This document shows, piece after piece, positions 28,501-41,000 of a stretch of DNA of 64,000 bases. Made by a program: the position numbers and the translations under genes. Numbering within the stretch: the first letter of the stretch is position 1; each line of letters opens with the position of its first letter. Under the pieces are notes generated by a model. It was given only the letters and a program-made list of their open reading frames with translations, was not told the origin of the DNA and did not search any database. Origin of the DNA: Paramecium tetraurelia (taxonomy: Eukaryota); NCBI GenBank assembly GCA_000165425.1, contig CT868025.1:62001-126000 (forward strand). Reading direction: 5' to 3'.

Positions 28501-28873
28501 TCCAATTATCGTACTCACAAAAGCTGCCAACAATAAAATTTAAAGCATTGTATCTCCGAAGCACTCCAAAATTAAATCACATAAGGATTCCGACTCCTTC
28601 TCAATCGGGTCATTGTTACCGTATTTCTCCCGGTTCTCTATCACTTAGGCTTCCGAATCAATCCCTTTCTGTCTTTATTAATCAATTGCGTATACCAACT
28701 AATTGGATTTCAATTGTTTTGCCAAACCTTGGTCTCCTCCCCATTTCTACACCCTCTGCAGACTGGATCCATCATTTATTGATGTCAACTAGAACTAAGT
28801 CCTTGAAGTCTTCAATCCCACGCATTTATTCGTAATCCTGGGAGTCCTACTATTTTGAATATTGGTGTTTCAT
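25558..28873 (-). CDS. PMCA: Plasma-membrane Ca2+-transporting P-type ATPase (type IIB)
   Basis: [34 protein letters not shown], phosphorylation site [46 protein letters not shown] and [17 protein letters not shown]. Confidence 0.97.
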
Positions 28874-28912
28874 ATAATAATAATAATATATTAACGAATT
28901 TTCAAATTACTC

Positions 28913-30943
28913 ATGGACTTATCATAAAAGAATCCTCCCATCCGAGAAGTCAACTCGAACAGTGCATCCAAAGGGTACTCCAGCAATAAGTCTTAATTCC
29001 AATCCACCTTCAAATATCAATATCCAATCGAGAGTTAGTATTATCCGATATATTCGAAGAAAAGAATGAGCATGAATAATCAATCAATTCTGAGCAATCT
29101 CTCTCCTCCATCCAAGAAGTAAACCCCAGAAATGATAGATCCCAATATGACGAAGAATCTTAAATGTTCAATTACAACTATGATTAGATCGTCAATCAAA
29201 ATCAAAGATTAGAAAGTCAAAATATTAGTCTTTAAGCTCCCATCAATCAACAATAGATCGATCTACAAACCATTCAAGACTAAGAACCCATCTAAAAGGG
29301 CCCAAGCCCAATCAAACAACAATAACAATAATAATAACTTTAGCCATCTCGCTCACAATCACAAGTCTTCTAGCCTTTCCAACCCTATCAACAACAACAA
29401 ATATCAGCCTCCAAAAGCAGAATAGACAGATCATTCGATGGAATCTCCGTCTTTACTAATGTCTCCAAATAGCGAACAACTCCCAATAGTCGCAATAAGG
29501 CCAATACCTTTTACTATGATAGAATAGGGAATCAAGTCAGCGAAATTATGCCCCCCATGATTGACAACTATTTAACGTATGTTCTCCTTCAAACAGCACT
29601 ACCTTTATTAATAGTGTTCATTCTATATGTCATAAATTAGTATGAGTTATCTTTAAATCAAGCTTCTTACAGCGAGCAATCGACCAATTTTGCTACCTAC
29701 CAGAATAGTATTGCACTTGCAATGGTTTCGGAGCTAAACTATGGTCCTGGGCTCGACAACTCATAGTAATTTAAATCAATATCAAATTAGATGTGGAAAT
29801 TAGGTTTGATCGTATATCGAAAGTAGTTCTTATGCAGATTGGCTATGGGCTCAAGCAATTTGAAACATAAAGAACCAGTTACAGAATACATTTTCTTGTT
29901 TTTGTTCACAATTATCTTTGATTTCATTCTCGTTATCTGGATAGAAAATAATTAGGACTATGTTTATGTGATATTAGTTTATTGCATAGGAGTTGTAGTC
30001 TTATTGAATACATTTAGAGTAAAAGATTGGGATATAGTTTTTAAAAAAGGGGCAGGAGTGTTTTTATATGACTTTGCTTTACTCATTCTAATGGTGTTCA
30101 TTTATTATGCTATTCCTAATGTTGTGGAATCACTCCAAGATCGCTAGGGTAGAATATCGGGAATGCAGAGTTTCCTATACCTTTATCCCTTATTCGATTG
30201 GATTATGGAAATGTTCATGGATTACATTTACAACTAGAGTTAGTTTGCTGAATTGTATATCTATCAACTCCAATTAATTATTCTTGGCATGAAAATAGGG
30301 TATTTTGTATAGTTTATAATAGAATTTTAAACATTGTGGATATTTGGACATTTGAGTTTTGGTACAATATTTTATTGCTTGGAATTATGAGGGCTAACAA
30401 TTCCTCCATGTTTCTTACAGTTTTTCTTAGAAGATGGGTTTTCTACTTAATTCCAGATTTACAATTCATTACTAAAATGAGTGAAACCAAGAAATCCTTG
30501 AAGGGAAAACATGGTGCTTATTTAGAACATCTATTTTGGATTGTTTTCTATTACTTTTTCTATTTAACCAATTCTAGTGTGCCTTATGTTGCTAAGAAAA
30601 CGGTTTTTATAAGCAATTGTTAATTTGACAATGAGATTTGGAACTTCACGAGAGAGTATTATTAACCAATTGTTATTTGGGGTTTGTTGCTCATTGCTGA
30701 GATTGCTGGAATCATGTTGAATAAATAGAAGTATGAAATGTTGTTTTGATTTCTTTTAGAAAATATGATAACATTAAATATGAGGGTGGTTGTAAATTCA
30801 ATTTGATAGGAAATGTGTTCATACGATTGTCAGGTTATTACTTTTTTTAGATTGCTGTAATGATCCCATTCCTCTTTAAATCATTAAATGATATTAGTTA
30901 AATAAATTAGCATCTGGAAACAAAAGATACAGAATAGTATTGA
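28913..30943 (+). CDS. Hypothetical multi-pass membrane protein with a Q/S/P-rich N-terminus
   Basis: MDLSQKNPP start and low-complexity N-terminus to ~29550, then multiple hydrophobic segments; tiny introns; TGA at 30941-30943. Confidence 0.7.
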
Positions 30944-31692
30944 TTTTTATCGTATATATATAAGTGCCCAATTCATTTATTAAAACTAAATATTTATTTA
31001 AATAAGAATAAAAGATTAATAAAATATGGATGAAAAAATATCTTTCTGAGAGTGGAAAAGTCATATTAAAATTTGGATACATTTTGAGGGATTGTTATTT
31101 AGTATGCAACAACGAATAATAATATTTGTTGTAAATTTAAGAGAAGTTATTAGATTCATCTAATGATTGATCAATTCAAAGGGGGATTCTCGTTTTAATC
31201 GAGTGAGTTTGCGAAAGGCAAAAAAGGAATTTGTTTAAAGTTATTCGAATGGGGGGGAATGAACTTTCTGGGAGAGAAATCGTGGTTCATTACTCAAAAT
31301 AAAAATTTTTATTCTTTTATTAATTAGAAAAAACTAAAATTTATAATTTTTTATCTGTTATAAAATTTTTCAAAAATTTAAATCTCATAATCAAATAAAT
31401 GGGAAGGGCTGTGTTTCACTTAATAAAAATTAATACCCACACAGAGTACTAACCTTAAATATAGGGAATTATAATTTTTTATTGAAAATTAAAAAAATGA
31501 TAATTCATGATTATCATCAATGATCTTCTTATCATGCTTATCAATATTTATTATGTTGTATTGGGTAAAAATAGCCACCTCATCGATGCTATATGATCGC
31601 TTTTGATTTTTAAAATTCCGTGTTAATATCTAGTATGTGTTTTGAATAAATTTAATGTTATTAACAAAATTTTGTTTATTAGAGCGCCATCG

Positions 31693-32764
31693 ATGCAATA
31701 ACAAGTTATTAATTCCTTAATTTTCTAGACTCAGGAAAAATGCATTAGACAATTGTTCATTCCACACTGTGCAAGTAGAAGTGATCAAAAAAGTCAATCT
31801 GTATAAGATGACGGCTCTAAAAAAACTTTGTTAAGACTTGCAGACCAAGATGTACCGTCTTCAATAGGATTTGTGATGACAAATTTAAATAGACAGGATT
31901 CATGCTCATAGTCTTAGTTAGAATAATAAGAAAACGATTTCTAATAATAGAGTATTAACAAAAAGAAAGGTAAAAAATTTGCCATATTTTATTATTATTT
32001 CTGTAGAAAGAAAAAAACATCACAGCCTCAAATATTTAAGTCGCTAGGTTCACAGTCTTGTCGGATCGCAAAGAGAAACCACCTATAAACAGATGGCAGA
32101 CTTGCTTGCTTCAGAAATAAGTAAATCAAGTTTATCTGTAAATATATTAATTAAATTTTTATATTTTCTAGTCAGAAAGTAAAAACCTCAAACGCAGAGT
32201 TTATGATTCCATTAATGTAATGGTTGCTCTAGGAGTCCTAGAAAAGCAGAAAAAGATCATCACAAAAGGATCGATGTTTCAATAGAATCATATGACGAGT
32301 AGATACGCCAGAGATACCAGAGACAGATATGAAATTTTGAGAGTACACTTTATCAATATACATTAGCAATAACAATTTGATGAACTCAAGAGAAAGAAGA
32401 TCTTATTTTAAAAATTGACCGATTAGGCAAAAAGAATAAATGCCTTAATCGATCAAAACAAGTATCATACTTAAACAATATCCACATTAGACGTCTCTAA
32501 AAAGACGAGTCAGACTTCCTACAAGGTCAATAACTTAAAATATATCAATTCCCGATTATGATATTCAAGTTACCTTAAAATGCAAAAGTATTAGAATTAA
32601 TTATACAATAGCTTAATATCATACCTACAGAAGGGAAATCTTAGGTCTAAATTTTGTCAGATCATGAAATTAAAATTGTTGGGGATTATGATATTTTGCC
32701 TTTAATCAAAAGAATTGAAGAAGCAAAAGATAACATAATTCCTGGACCAATGTTGAATTTATGA
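31693..32764 (+). CDS. E2F/DP-family winged-helix transcription factor (DP-like)
   Basis: SLKYLSRQVHSLV..TTYKQMADLL and the DEF box KNLKRRVYDSINVMVALGVLEK at ~32180-32245, followed by a coiled coil and FPIMIF. Start approximate. Confidence 0.88.
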
Positions 32765-33265
32765 TAAACTAATAAAGAAAATTTTGCCATCATTTTCTTA
32801 CTAAAACCATAATTGTCCATTTATTAGGACTATTAGCACAACTATATGTTTTTTTTTTAAATTTTAATTAAGCGGGAAAATTTTATTTTAAAAAAAAGTG
32901 CAATAATTATTATTAATCAATCATTATGTTACATATTAGGTAGTTCTTTAATGAATTCATTATAGAGATAGACCTCTTGAATTATTTTCAATATCTTTAA
33001 TCTATTGATCAAATAGAATAGAAAAACAACCCCTTTCATAATAACTTAAGCAAAACAGTGATTCCAATATTATTTCAAGTATATAAACTTCAATCAAATT
33101 TTTAAATACTTTCTATTAAATAATAAAATTTCGTTTATATTTTCTTAATGTTTTTCAATATAACTTAAAGCATTTAATTCTTTTCAGGTCTCTCTTAAGG
33201 TCTTTATTTTTTATATAAATGAATTTGAGGAGATTTTGTGATATTAATTTTTATATAATAATCAC

Positions 33266-34851
33266 ATGTAAAAATAATTTGAAGGATAAAATGACATAGA
33301 AGATTACTTCATAGAAATTGAACAGGTTTAAAGCGATGTAAATTTTAATAATAAAATGCATCAGAATGTCAATCCATACGACATTAAATGTCCAATTTGT
33401 TTAAATGTATATTTGGATCCAATATCATGTGACTCGTGTATGAATCATTTTTGCAAGAGATGCCACTAATAGAAATAAGTAAGTATATAATGATAATGAG
33501 AAAGAGTATGAAATGCCCTTTATGCAATCGGCAAGTTGAAACAAGAAAAGCATTTCCTCTATTGAGATAATTGTTGAGTTAGTTAAAAATTAAATGTCAT
33601 CATTTTGAATAAGGTTAGATATTAATTCTGATTTTAGGTTGTCGAGAAATAACTGATTATGATTCTTATGATAAGCATGTGAAATAGTGTGATTTTAGTG
33701 AGGAAATTTGTGGATTGATGGATGGTAAATTATAATGTAATGTGGTCAAATTTAAGAAGGATATATAAAGACATAGAATTTATGAATGTAGTTATCGATA
33801 ATGTGAATGTTGTCACTGCCATAAATTAGTAATTTATACATATTAAGAATTCTATTAGTTTAGCAATTTTAAATTATAGACACATGAGCTCAAATGTGAT
33901 GAGGCTCTTACCAGATGTCCAAAATGTCATATATAAATTAAGATAAAGGATCAATCTAGCCATCTTCAGATATGTGATCAGAACATAGATAATTGCACTC
34001 ATTGCAGAGGAGAATATTCATTATAGCAATTGTTAATACACTAAAATGAATGTCCATTAAGACCAATTTGTTGTGTTGGATGTTCATAAAGTTTTACTCT
34101 CAGTGTTTACTACATTCATTAAACAAAATGTCCAAAATTTCCATAAATATGTCCTAATTGTAATAAAAAAATTATCAGGGAACAATTTTAGAATCACACA
34201 TTCAATGATTGTTTGATCTACATCAAAACATCGCATGAGAAAGATATATAAAATCTAATTAAAAAGCAATAAATGCTCGAAATTGAATTAACCAAAAATG
34301 ATAAAATAATAAAGTAAAGAAAAATTGGATTTTAGGTTCTCCAATCGATTTAAAGATCCGGAAATCTTTCTAAATTTAAATAAGACAGTTGCTTTTGTTA
34401 AGAACATAGCAACTAAAAAGAGAGATAGATTTGTTCTATTTAAAAATCCCATTTCAGAATTAAGAAAACAATGGAAATTCAAGTATTTATTTAATTTATA
34501 GCTAGATGCAAACAAGTCAAAAGTTCATGGTATGCTGTCGGTATAACAGAATTATCCACTTTGCATTCTCTAAAAAGATATTAAGATATAGGACATGGAT
34601 CCTATCTAGTGTCTTCAAATGGAACAATGTATAATAATCACAAGGATGATCAGAATTCAAAAGAAAGTGATTTTTCAATCAATACAAATGATATTATTGT
34701 TATAAATGTCGATTTCGAGGCAGGTCTATTGGAAATAATTAATACAACTTAAAATTTATCACTTGAAATAGAGGCAGATTTTGAAGGAAAAGAATTTTTT
34801 GGATGTGCTTGTTTAAGAACTGCAGGAGATGAGATTTAAATAATTTAATGA
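33266..34851 (+). CDS. RING finger + TRAF-type zinc fingers + C-terminal SPRY-like domain protein
   Basis: CPICLNVYLDPISCDSCMNHFCKRC..CPLC, repeated C..C..H..C units, and a C-terminal GSYLVSSNG..DIIVINVDFEAG..FFGCACL. Confidence 0.85.
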
Positions 34852-34912
34852 TTTTATATTATAGAATTAAGCTAAAATTTTAGTCAGAATAGTTAAAACA
34901 ATTATAATTTAA

Positions 34913-36020
34913 ATGAATCCATTAAGAAATAACTAAATTGATGTAGGTTCAAAGCCAATAAAATTCGAGATAATCTAGGAAGAGAATTTTTGATTCTCCC
35001 ATTTCAGAATCAGTATCCTTATCAAGAAATCAATCTACTAATTTTACTCCTGTGCAATTTGATGAAAATGAAAGAATACTAATCAAAACATCACAATTTT
35101 TTACGATCACTCCAGTTGATTAATCAATCCAAGAAGCATAGTTTTAGTAGCCAATTTAAGCAGAAATTGCTTTTACAATATAAAATACTCCTTAATTTTT
35201 TAAGCAAAACAAATTTATTAGAAGAGAACTAGGAAAATATATAAATGAAAGTGGGTAATTAAAAATTGATGAGGGATAGTCAGAGGACATGTAATCAAGT
35301 GAAGAAAGCCTAAACTCCTTTCCTTAAAAATTTATTAGTAAATTCGAAAAAAATGACAGTATAAAATAATAGTCCTTAGTTACAAATCATTAGAACTAAT
35401 AGGATTACTCATTAAAAATTTCAGATTTAAAGTCAGAACAAATTTTAAAAGATATTTAGATACAAGAAAATCAACTAGATAGTAATAATAACTCATAAAG
35501 GATGACACAAGTTATTTTTAGTATTTAAAAATCCTAAATAGATTAGCAGAGCGCAAAATCAATAGAATCTGTAAAAAATGAAAACTAAGACTCAATTATA
35601 TCTAATGCTTAATTAAGCTAATAATTTAATTAACAATAATCTTTTGATTAATCAAATATTAGTTAATGGTCAGTTGAGTAAATCGAAATTTTAATTTAAG
35701 GAATTTAAGTTACAAAATATAGTCGCAAAACATTATTTGGTAAAAAGAGAAGAATATTGTAAGTTTCTCCAGATCTAAAATTATTAATCTTTAGAAATTT
35801 AGAACATAAAATTACAAAAACATACTCGATTAACAAAATTACTAAAATAGAAAAAGGAGCAAATACAGAAACATTCAGATTGTATAAACCAAAATCCGAT
35901 ATTTTATGGTTATGCTTTTCAATATTTCTTGATGAACGAACAGTTGATCTAAGTGTAAAAACATAAGAATAATTAAGATAAATTTTAGATTGCCTTTATG
36001 GATTAATCTAAAAGAATTGA
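34913..36020 (+). CDS. Protein with a C-terminal PH domain (PLC/Mcp5-type PH-like)
   Basis: GIQVTKYSRK..KRRILQVSPDLK..INKITKIEKG..CFSIFLDERTVDL at ~35700-35960 after a low-complexity N-terminus. A T-run at 34987-34991 creates an early TGA unless one T is an error. Confidence 0.7.
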
Positions 36021-36583
36021 ATACATATATATATATAATTATATCCTTAAAATTAATTGTTATTACGAGTATGAATTTATAAAGTAAATTAAAGTTTCAA
36101 AATAGAATATAAGAAGGTATTATATGAATATCCAAAAATAATATGTATTTTTTAAATATTTCATACTCCTTTTATAGAGACTTAACATTTTTGTTAAATT
36201 TATTCCTGAAATGTAATTGAACTATTGGGGTAAATATTTCATGAGAAAATCCAAATTCAAATAATTAAAATTATTACACAAATCTATTATATTAATACTT
36301 CTAAGATTATTTTTAAACTTCATCAAAACAATTATATGATTTATTTTTAGATTATATAAAAATAAAATTATTCATATTTTTTAATTCTTTTATACTTAGG
36401 ACAGTCTTTTAAAAAGTTTATTAATATTAGGAAATTCTAGAATTTTTAATGAGTATTTGACCAACTTTAGCTAAACCAAAATGATTACCATTAACAAATG
36501 CTTAGATTTAAGAGTTAAGATTTGATATAAAAAGAACAAAGAATTTTTATAATGTATTAATTATCTATTCTAATTTAATAAAA

Positions 36584-37357
36584 ATGATAGTAGGCAAATA
36601 ACAACTTCTCAATTAGTAAAATCCTTAATTTCAACACTCAGAAGGAACATGTCTTTGTGGTGTTTGCTTATGTGGAAATTGTTTATGTAAAGCATAACCA
36701 ATAAAACAAACTTACCTTAATAAATTAAAGAGTGTTTATGAAACTGATTTCTAATAAAGATACTCTGTCCTACCTAAAGCCAGACCTATTATAATAGAAG
36801 AGCCAAAGAGAAGAAGGGCTTTCTCATAAAATTCAGTTTATGATGAGGACTTTACACCAAAATAAATATCTCAAGGCCATGCTGATGAAAGACAGCATTT
36901 ACCTTAATTAAAAATTCCTTTTGCAGGCTGTAATTCATATGCTTTATAATATCCTAACAAATGTACAGATCCTCCTTAATAGCTAAGACCAGTGAATCAA
37001 ATATAATTGCTTCCTGCAAAAATGGATAATATTTCTTAATATTAAAGAGAATATAAATTACGACAAAAATAAAGAGAGCATGAATTCTCAAACTTCTCGA
37101 AAATTATGAATAAAAGATTGCACATCAATAGTAAGGACAAATTAGTCTACTCAAATTCGAGTTATTAGGAGTAATTTAAGGCAAGATAATCTATCCCTCT
37201 AATAAAATTACCTATACAATAATCAAGTTTACCATTTGGAATAAGCAACATAGGAATTAATCCATTTGTAAGTCAATCCAAATTCGAATTTGCTTCAAAA
37301 CCTTAGGAATAATGCGAAGCTAATAGAAGAATCCAAGAAATCTGCAGCAAGAGTTGA
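36584..37357 (+). CDS. SAXO/STOP-like microtubule-associated protein
   Basis: N-terminal Cys cluster CLCGVCLCGNCLCK, then spaced motifs SVYETDF, SVYDEDF, SYALQY, SQYQREY and SSYQEQF resembling the Mn motifs of SAXO proteins. Intronless ORF. Confidence 0.7.
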
Positions 37358-37979
37358 AAAATTACAATTTATTTTTATAAGAAGAATATCATATCATATA
37401 TTTAATACACTATAAATAATTCTTACTAGAGTATATCAAAAACAATAAATGATTCATGAATGAAGGTAATTCATAAATATTTATGGAAATATTGACATAC
37501 TAACTTAAATTAATGTAAACATTTCAGTTATTATGCTAGATATAGAATTTTTTTATAATGCAGTTAGAAAACTTAAAGTGTATTTTAAAATGATTTATTA
37601 ATAAATATTTTTTATTTTATAAAAATTAATATAAATTAATATAAATTTATTTAACCGCAATTTTTCTATTTTATACTACAATGGGATAATTATTACAAAA
37701 ATATTAAAATTTTCCATGCTTAGATGATTTAAAATATGGATATTATATGCTCTAGTTTTCTCTTTGAAAGAATGGAACAGCAATTATTGATTTCTAGAAA
37801 ATTTAGGGTGGATTAAAAATGGGTACATCAAAAATAATTTAGTAATGATATAACAGTAAAGAAGTGTTACGATGAGCTGATAATTGAATCAAAATTAGCC
37901 TAGCATTATTTAATTTTACACCTACCTTCAAACTGTTATTAATTTATATTTATACTTTAAATTTTTGATATTTTTAATT

Positions 37980-38009
37980 TAGATATTTTCTGGGGGTAAT
38001 AAAGGCTCT
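37980..38009 (+). promoter_or_regulatory. Candidate proximal promoter element shared by both fibrocystin-like genes
   Basis: TAGATATTTTCTGGGGGTAATAAAGGCTCT ends 49 nt before ATG 38059; counterpart at 13923-13950 (minus). Confidence 0.5.
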
Positions 38010-38058
38010 TTAGATATTATGAAAAAGACTTAATAATTTTATTTCCAAAAAAAAAAAT

Positions 38059-41000
38059 ATGTTTATCAGCACTCTATCGACTATGCTATTAATGCTTTTG
38101 ACCAATTCATCAGAAGGTTAAAAATGAGTAGTATATTTTAGCAATGATGGATGCAACAATGGATTCAACAACCGATGCAGTTGTAATTCTTGCTGTTTCT
38201 ACAGTTTTAGGTAAAGAAAACTCTACTCCTACAGGTTCCATAGTGGGAGGCACAACATTATACATGAAAGTAATAATATCATATAAGAATTATAGGTTTA
38301 AGGATTAGATTAAACAGCTAGTAACAATGCTGTATATATTGGAAAGTATCCTTGTATTATTTCCGATAAGGGAGTCAACGGATTGTTCATGAACTGTAAA
38401 ACAACAAAACCAGATCCAGATGACAATAACTTATCTAGCTTAGAAATTGTTGTTAAGGTATCAGGTAAACCAGACTCTGTTTGTACATTTAGTGGTCCAT
38501 AATGTCATTTCACATACTCTTAATACTATACACCAAAATTATTTTATGTGACTCCAAGGATCAAATTATCCAAGAACATTAAGTTATTGGAGGAGCCCAA
38601 GTGGGCTGTATCTAGCTCAGTTGTTTAATTACTAGAGGGACAATTCATGGGAGCTAACAGATGTGACAGATTCACAGTTCAAGATCAAGTATCCAGATGA
38701 GATCAATTTCTGGGATGATCAAGTTGTATGTCAGGTTTCAGCTGAAATCAAAGCTGGTTACTATGATTATACTATTAAATCATAAAGTGGATATCAAACT
38801 AATGACGTAGGAGTTAAATAAAAAAGAGTTTAATCTGACAGAACATACGACTCAAAGTATTTATATAATTAATATTTTTCAGAGTTCTTCCAATTATTAC
38901 AGAGATTAATACAAATTTCGCATCGCCAGAAGGATAAATTATCGAAATATCTGGATATGGATTTAGTCCAATCCCATCTGAGAACACAGTTAAAATTTCA
39001 GGCTAAGCTGAAACTATTTAAGTGTTATCATCAACCCCAACTACAATCAATGCCAAAATACCAAAACTAACTAATTTACCTACTCTTGCTGATGCTACTG
39101 AGAGTTCTGTTTTCATCTAAGGAAGTGGATTACATTATACTAGATGGGATGTTTCTGGATTAAATTTGAATTGTGCTTCATTTAGAACATAAATCATTAC
39201 TAACAAAGCTTAATTAAACAGTAGAATTTAATTTGATGGTATTTATCCAGAACCTGATGTCTAAAATTAATTTGGAGAATATTATGGATAATACTTTAGA
39301 GGTTTCTTAAAAGCACCATTCACTGGAAATTATAGATTCTATGTTGCTTCAGATGACTGTGCTTAATTCTTTATTTAAACAGCTTAAGTTAAATAACCAA
39401 TTAGACCAGATACTGCAACAGCTGCAAGTGGATGGAATCCTTATAGAAACTATTGGTATGAATATTTGACTTATTCCTATAACATCAAATCTATATCTGA
39501 AACTGTTGCTTTATAATAAGGAGAATTTTATTACATTGAAGCTTATGATCTCAAATGGAGCATCAGGCGGATATCTTACACTTTCTATGGAAGTTGAGAG
39601 TGCTACTAGAAAATCGAACTCACTAAATAGTGTCTATGAAATTTCAACATCTTACACACCAGTTAAAGAAGTGATTGAAATCACTTTATATAATTCTGTT
39701 GGAAATACTTTATTAGCAGGTAAGTATTAACTTTAATTCACTTATGGCACTAAGACTACACCACAAACTACTTTATTTTACTCATACACTACTGGAGATA
39801 TTGTACCAAATGCCAATGCAAATGCTATTAAGAATGCAATCTAAAATTGTGGAGCAGGTTATTTAGTAACTGTTATAGCTACTAAGTTAGATAATACTGG
39901 AGTTGCTTTAGATGACACTGCAACAACGTTTGCTGGATATAAATATACAATTACATTTGATTCTCATAGAGGTACGACCAATTATAGAGCACTTCCAAAG
40001 TTTGTATCATTCTCTTTAAATGGAGGAACTCCTGTTAAAGATATTGTAAGAACTCAAGAACCACTTGATCCAATCAGTGGAACATTCTAGTTAACAATGA
40101 CTATTAATGGAATTGACAATTTATTCTAAGTGTCTGCTAATGTTTATGATTTACCTTTTGATGCATCAACATCATTGATTGCTGATAATGTTGAAAGAAT
40201 TACTGGAGAAAGACCATTTGTTTGGACAGTTGGAAGAGCATAAGATGGATGGAAATGGTTCGTTGTTTTAAGATCTAATGTTGATTAATTAACTGATTTT
40301 TCAGTTTCAACCAATGTTCTTGTTTCAGGAAATGGAGATGTAACTGCTGCTGTTACTAAACCCATACCAGATAGTACTAATTTATTATTTGAACCTATAC
40401 CAAATGAAATACTCTTTACTTATAGTTAACACCCTTAAGTTTAAGTTGAAGTTTAATACCAAATAAAAGAAAATAATGTTGTTGTAGAAACAGAATAAAT
40501 TTTAGCTGGTTGCGAATAATTTGAAGCATGTGATTTCACTTTAAGTGATGAAAAGACACCAACATTAACAGCTTACTCTGTTAGCGGATCTCAATTATCA
40601 TTAACTCTAGCACAAGGAGCTGGTTTATCAATAACTAAGACAGACTTAGATATTTCATTTGAAGGAGCTGATTGCACAAATATTCAATTCTCCACCTTCA
40701 CATCACCTTACTCAATCACTTGTACTTTAGAATAATTGAATTCATAAAACATTAAGGAAACTGGTGATAATTAAGTGCCAGCTATACATCATAAAGCTAT
40801 TGGTTTCTCTAAAGTTGAAGCAGGAGTAACTGGAGAAAATGTTGGTTTGGTTATATCTTCAATTTTACCAGCAACAGGTTCACCAGATGGAGGTACAACT
40901 ATTACTATTACTGGTACTGGATTCCCTAAAAATCTAAATAGAGATTTTACATTCTAAATTGATGGCTAAGATGTTCATCCATTATCAATTACTAATACCT

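Noticed and set aside
31040..31300. GC-richer patch with short minus-strand ORFs
   Set aside because: The ATG frame stops after ~30 codons, the longer frame has no ATG, and no RNA gene fold was recognised.
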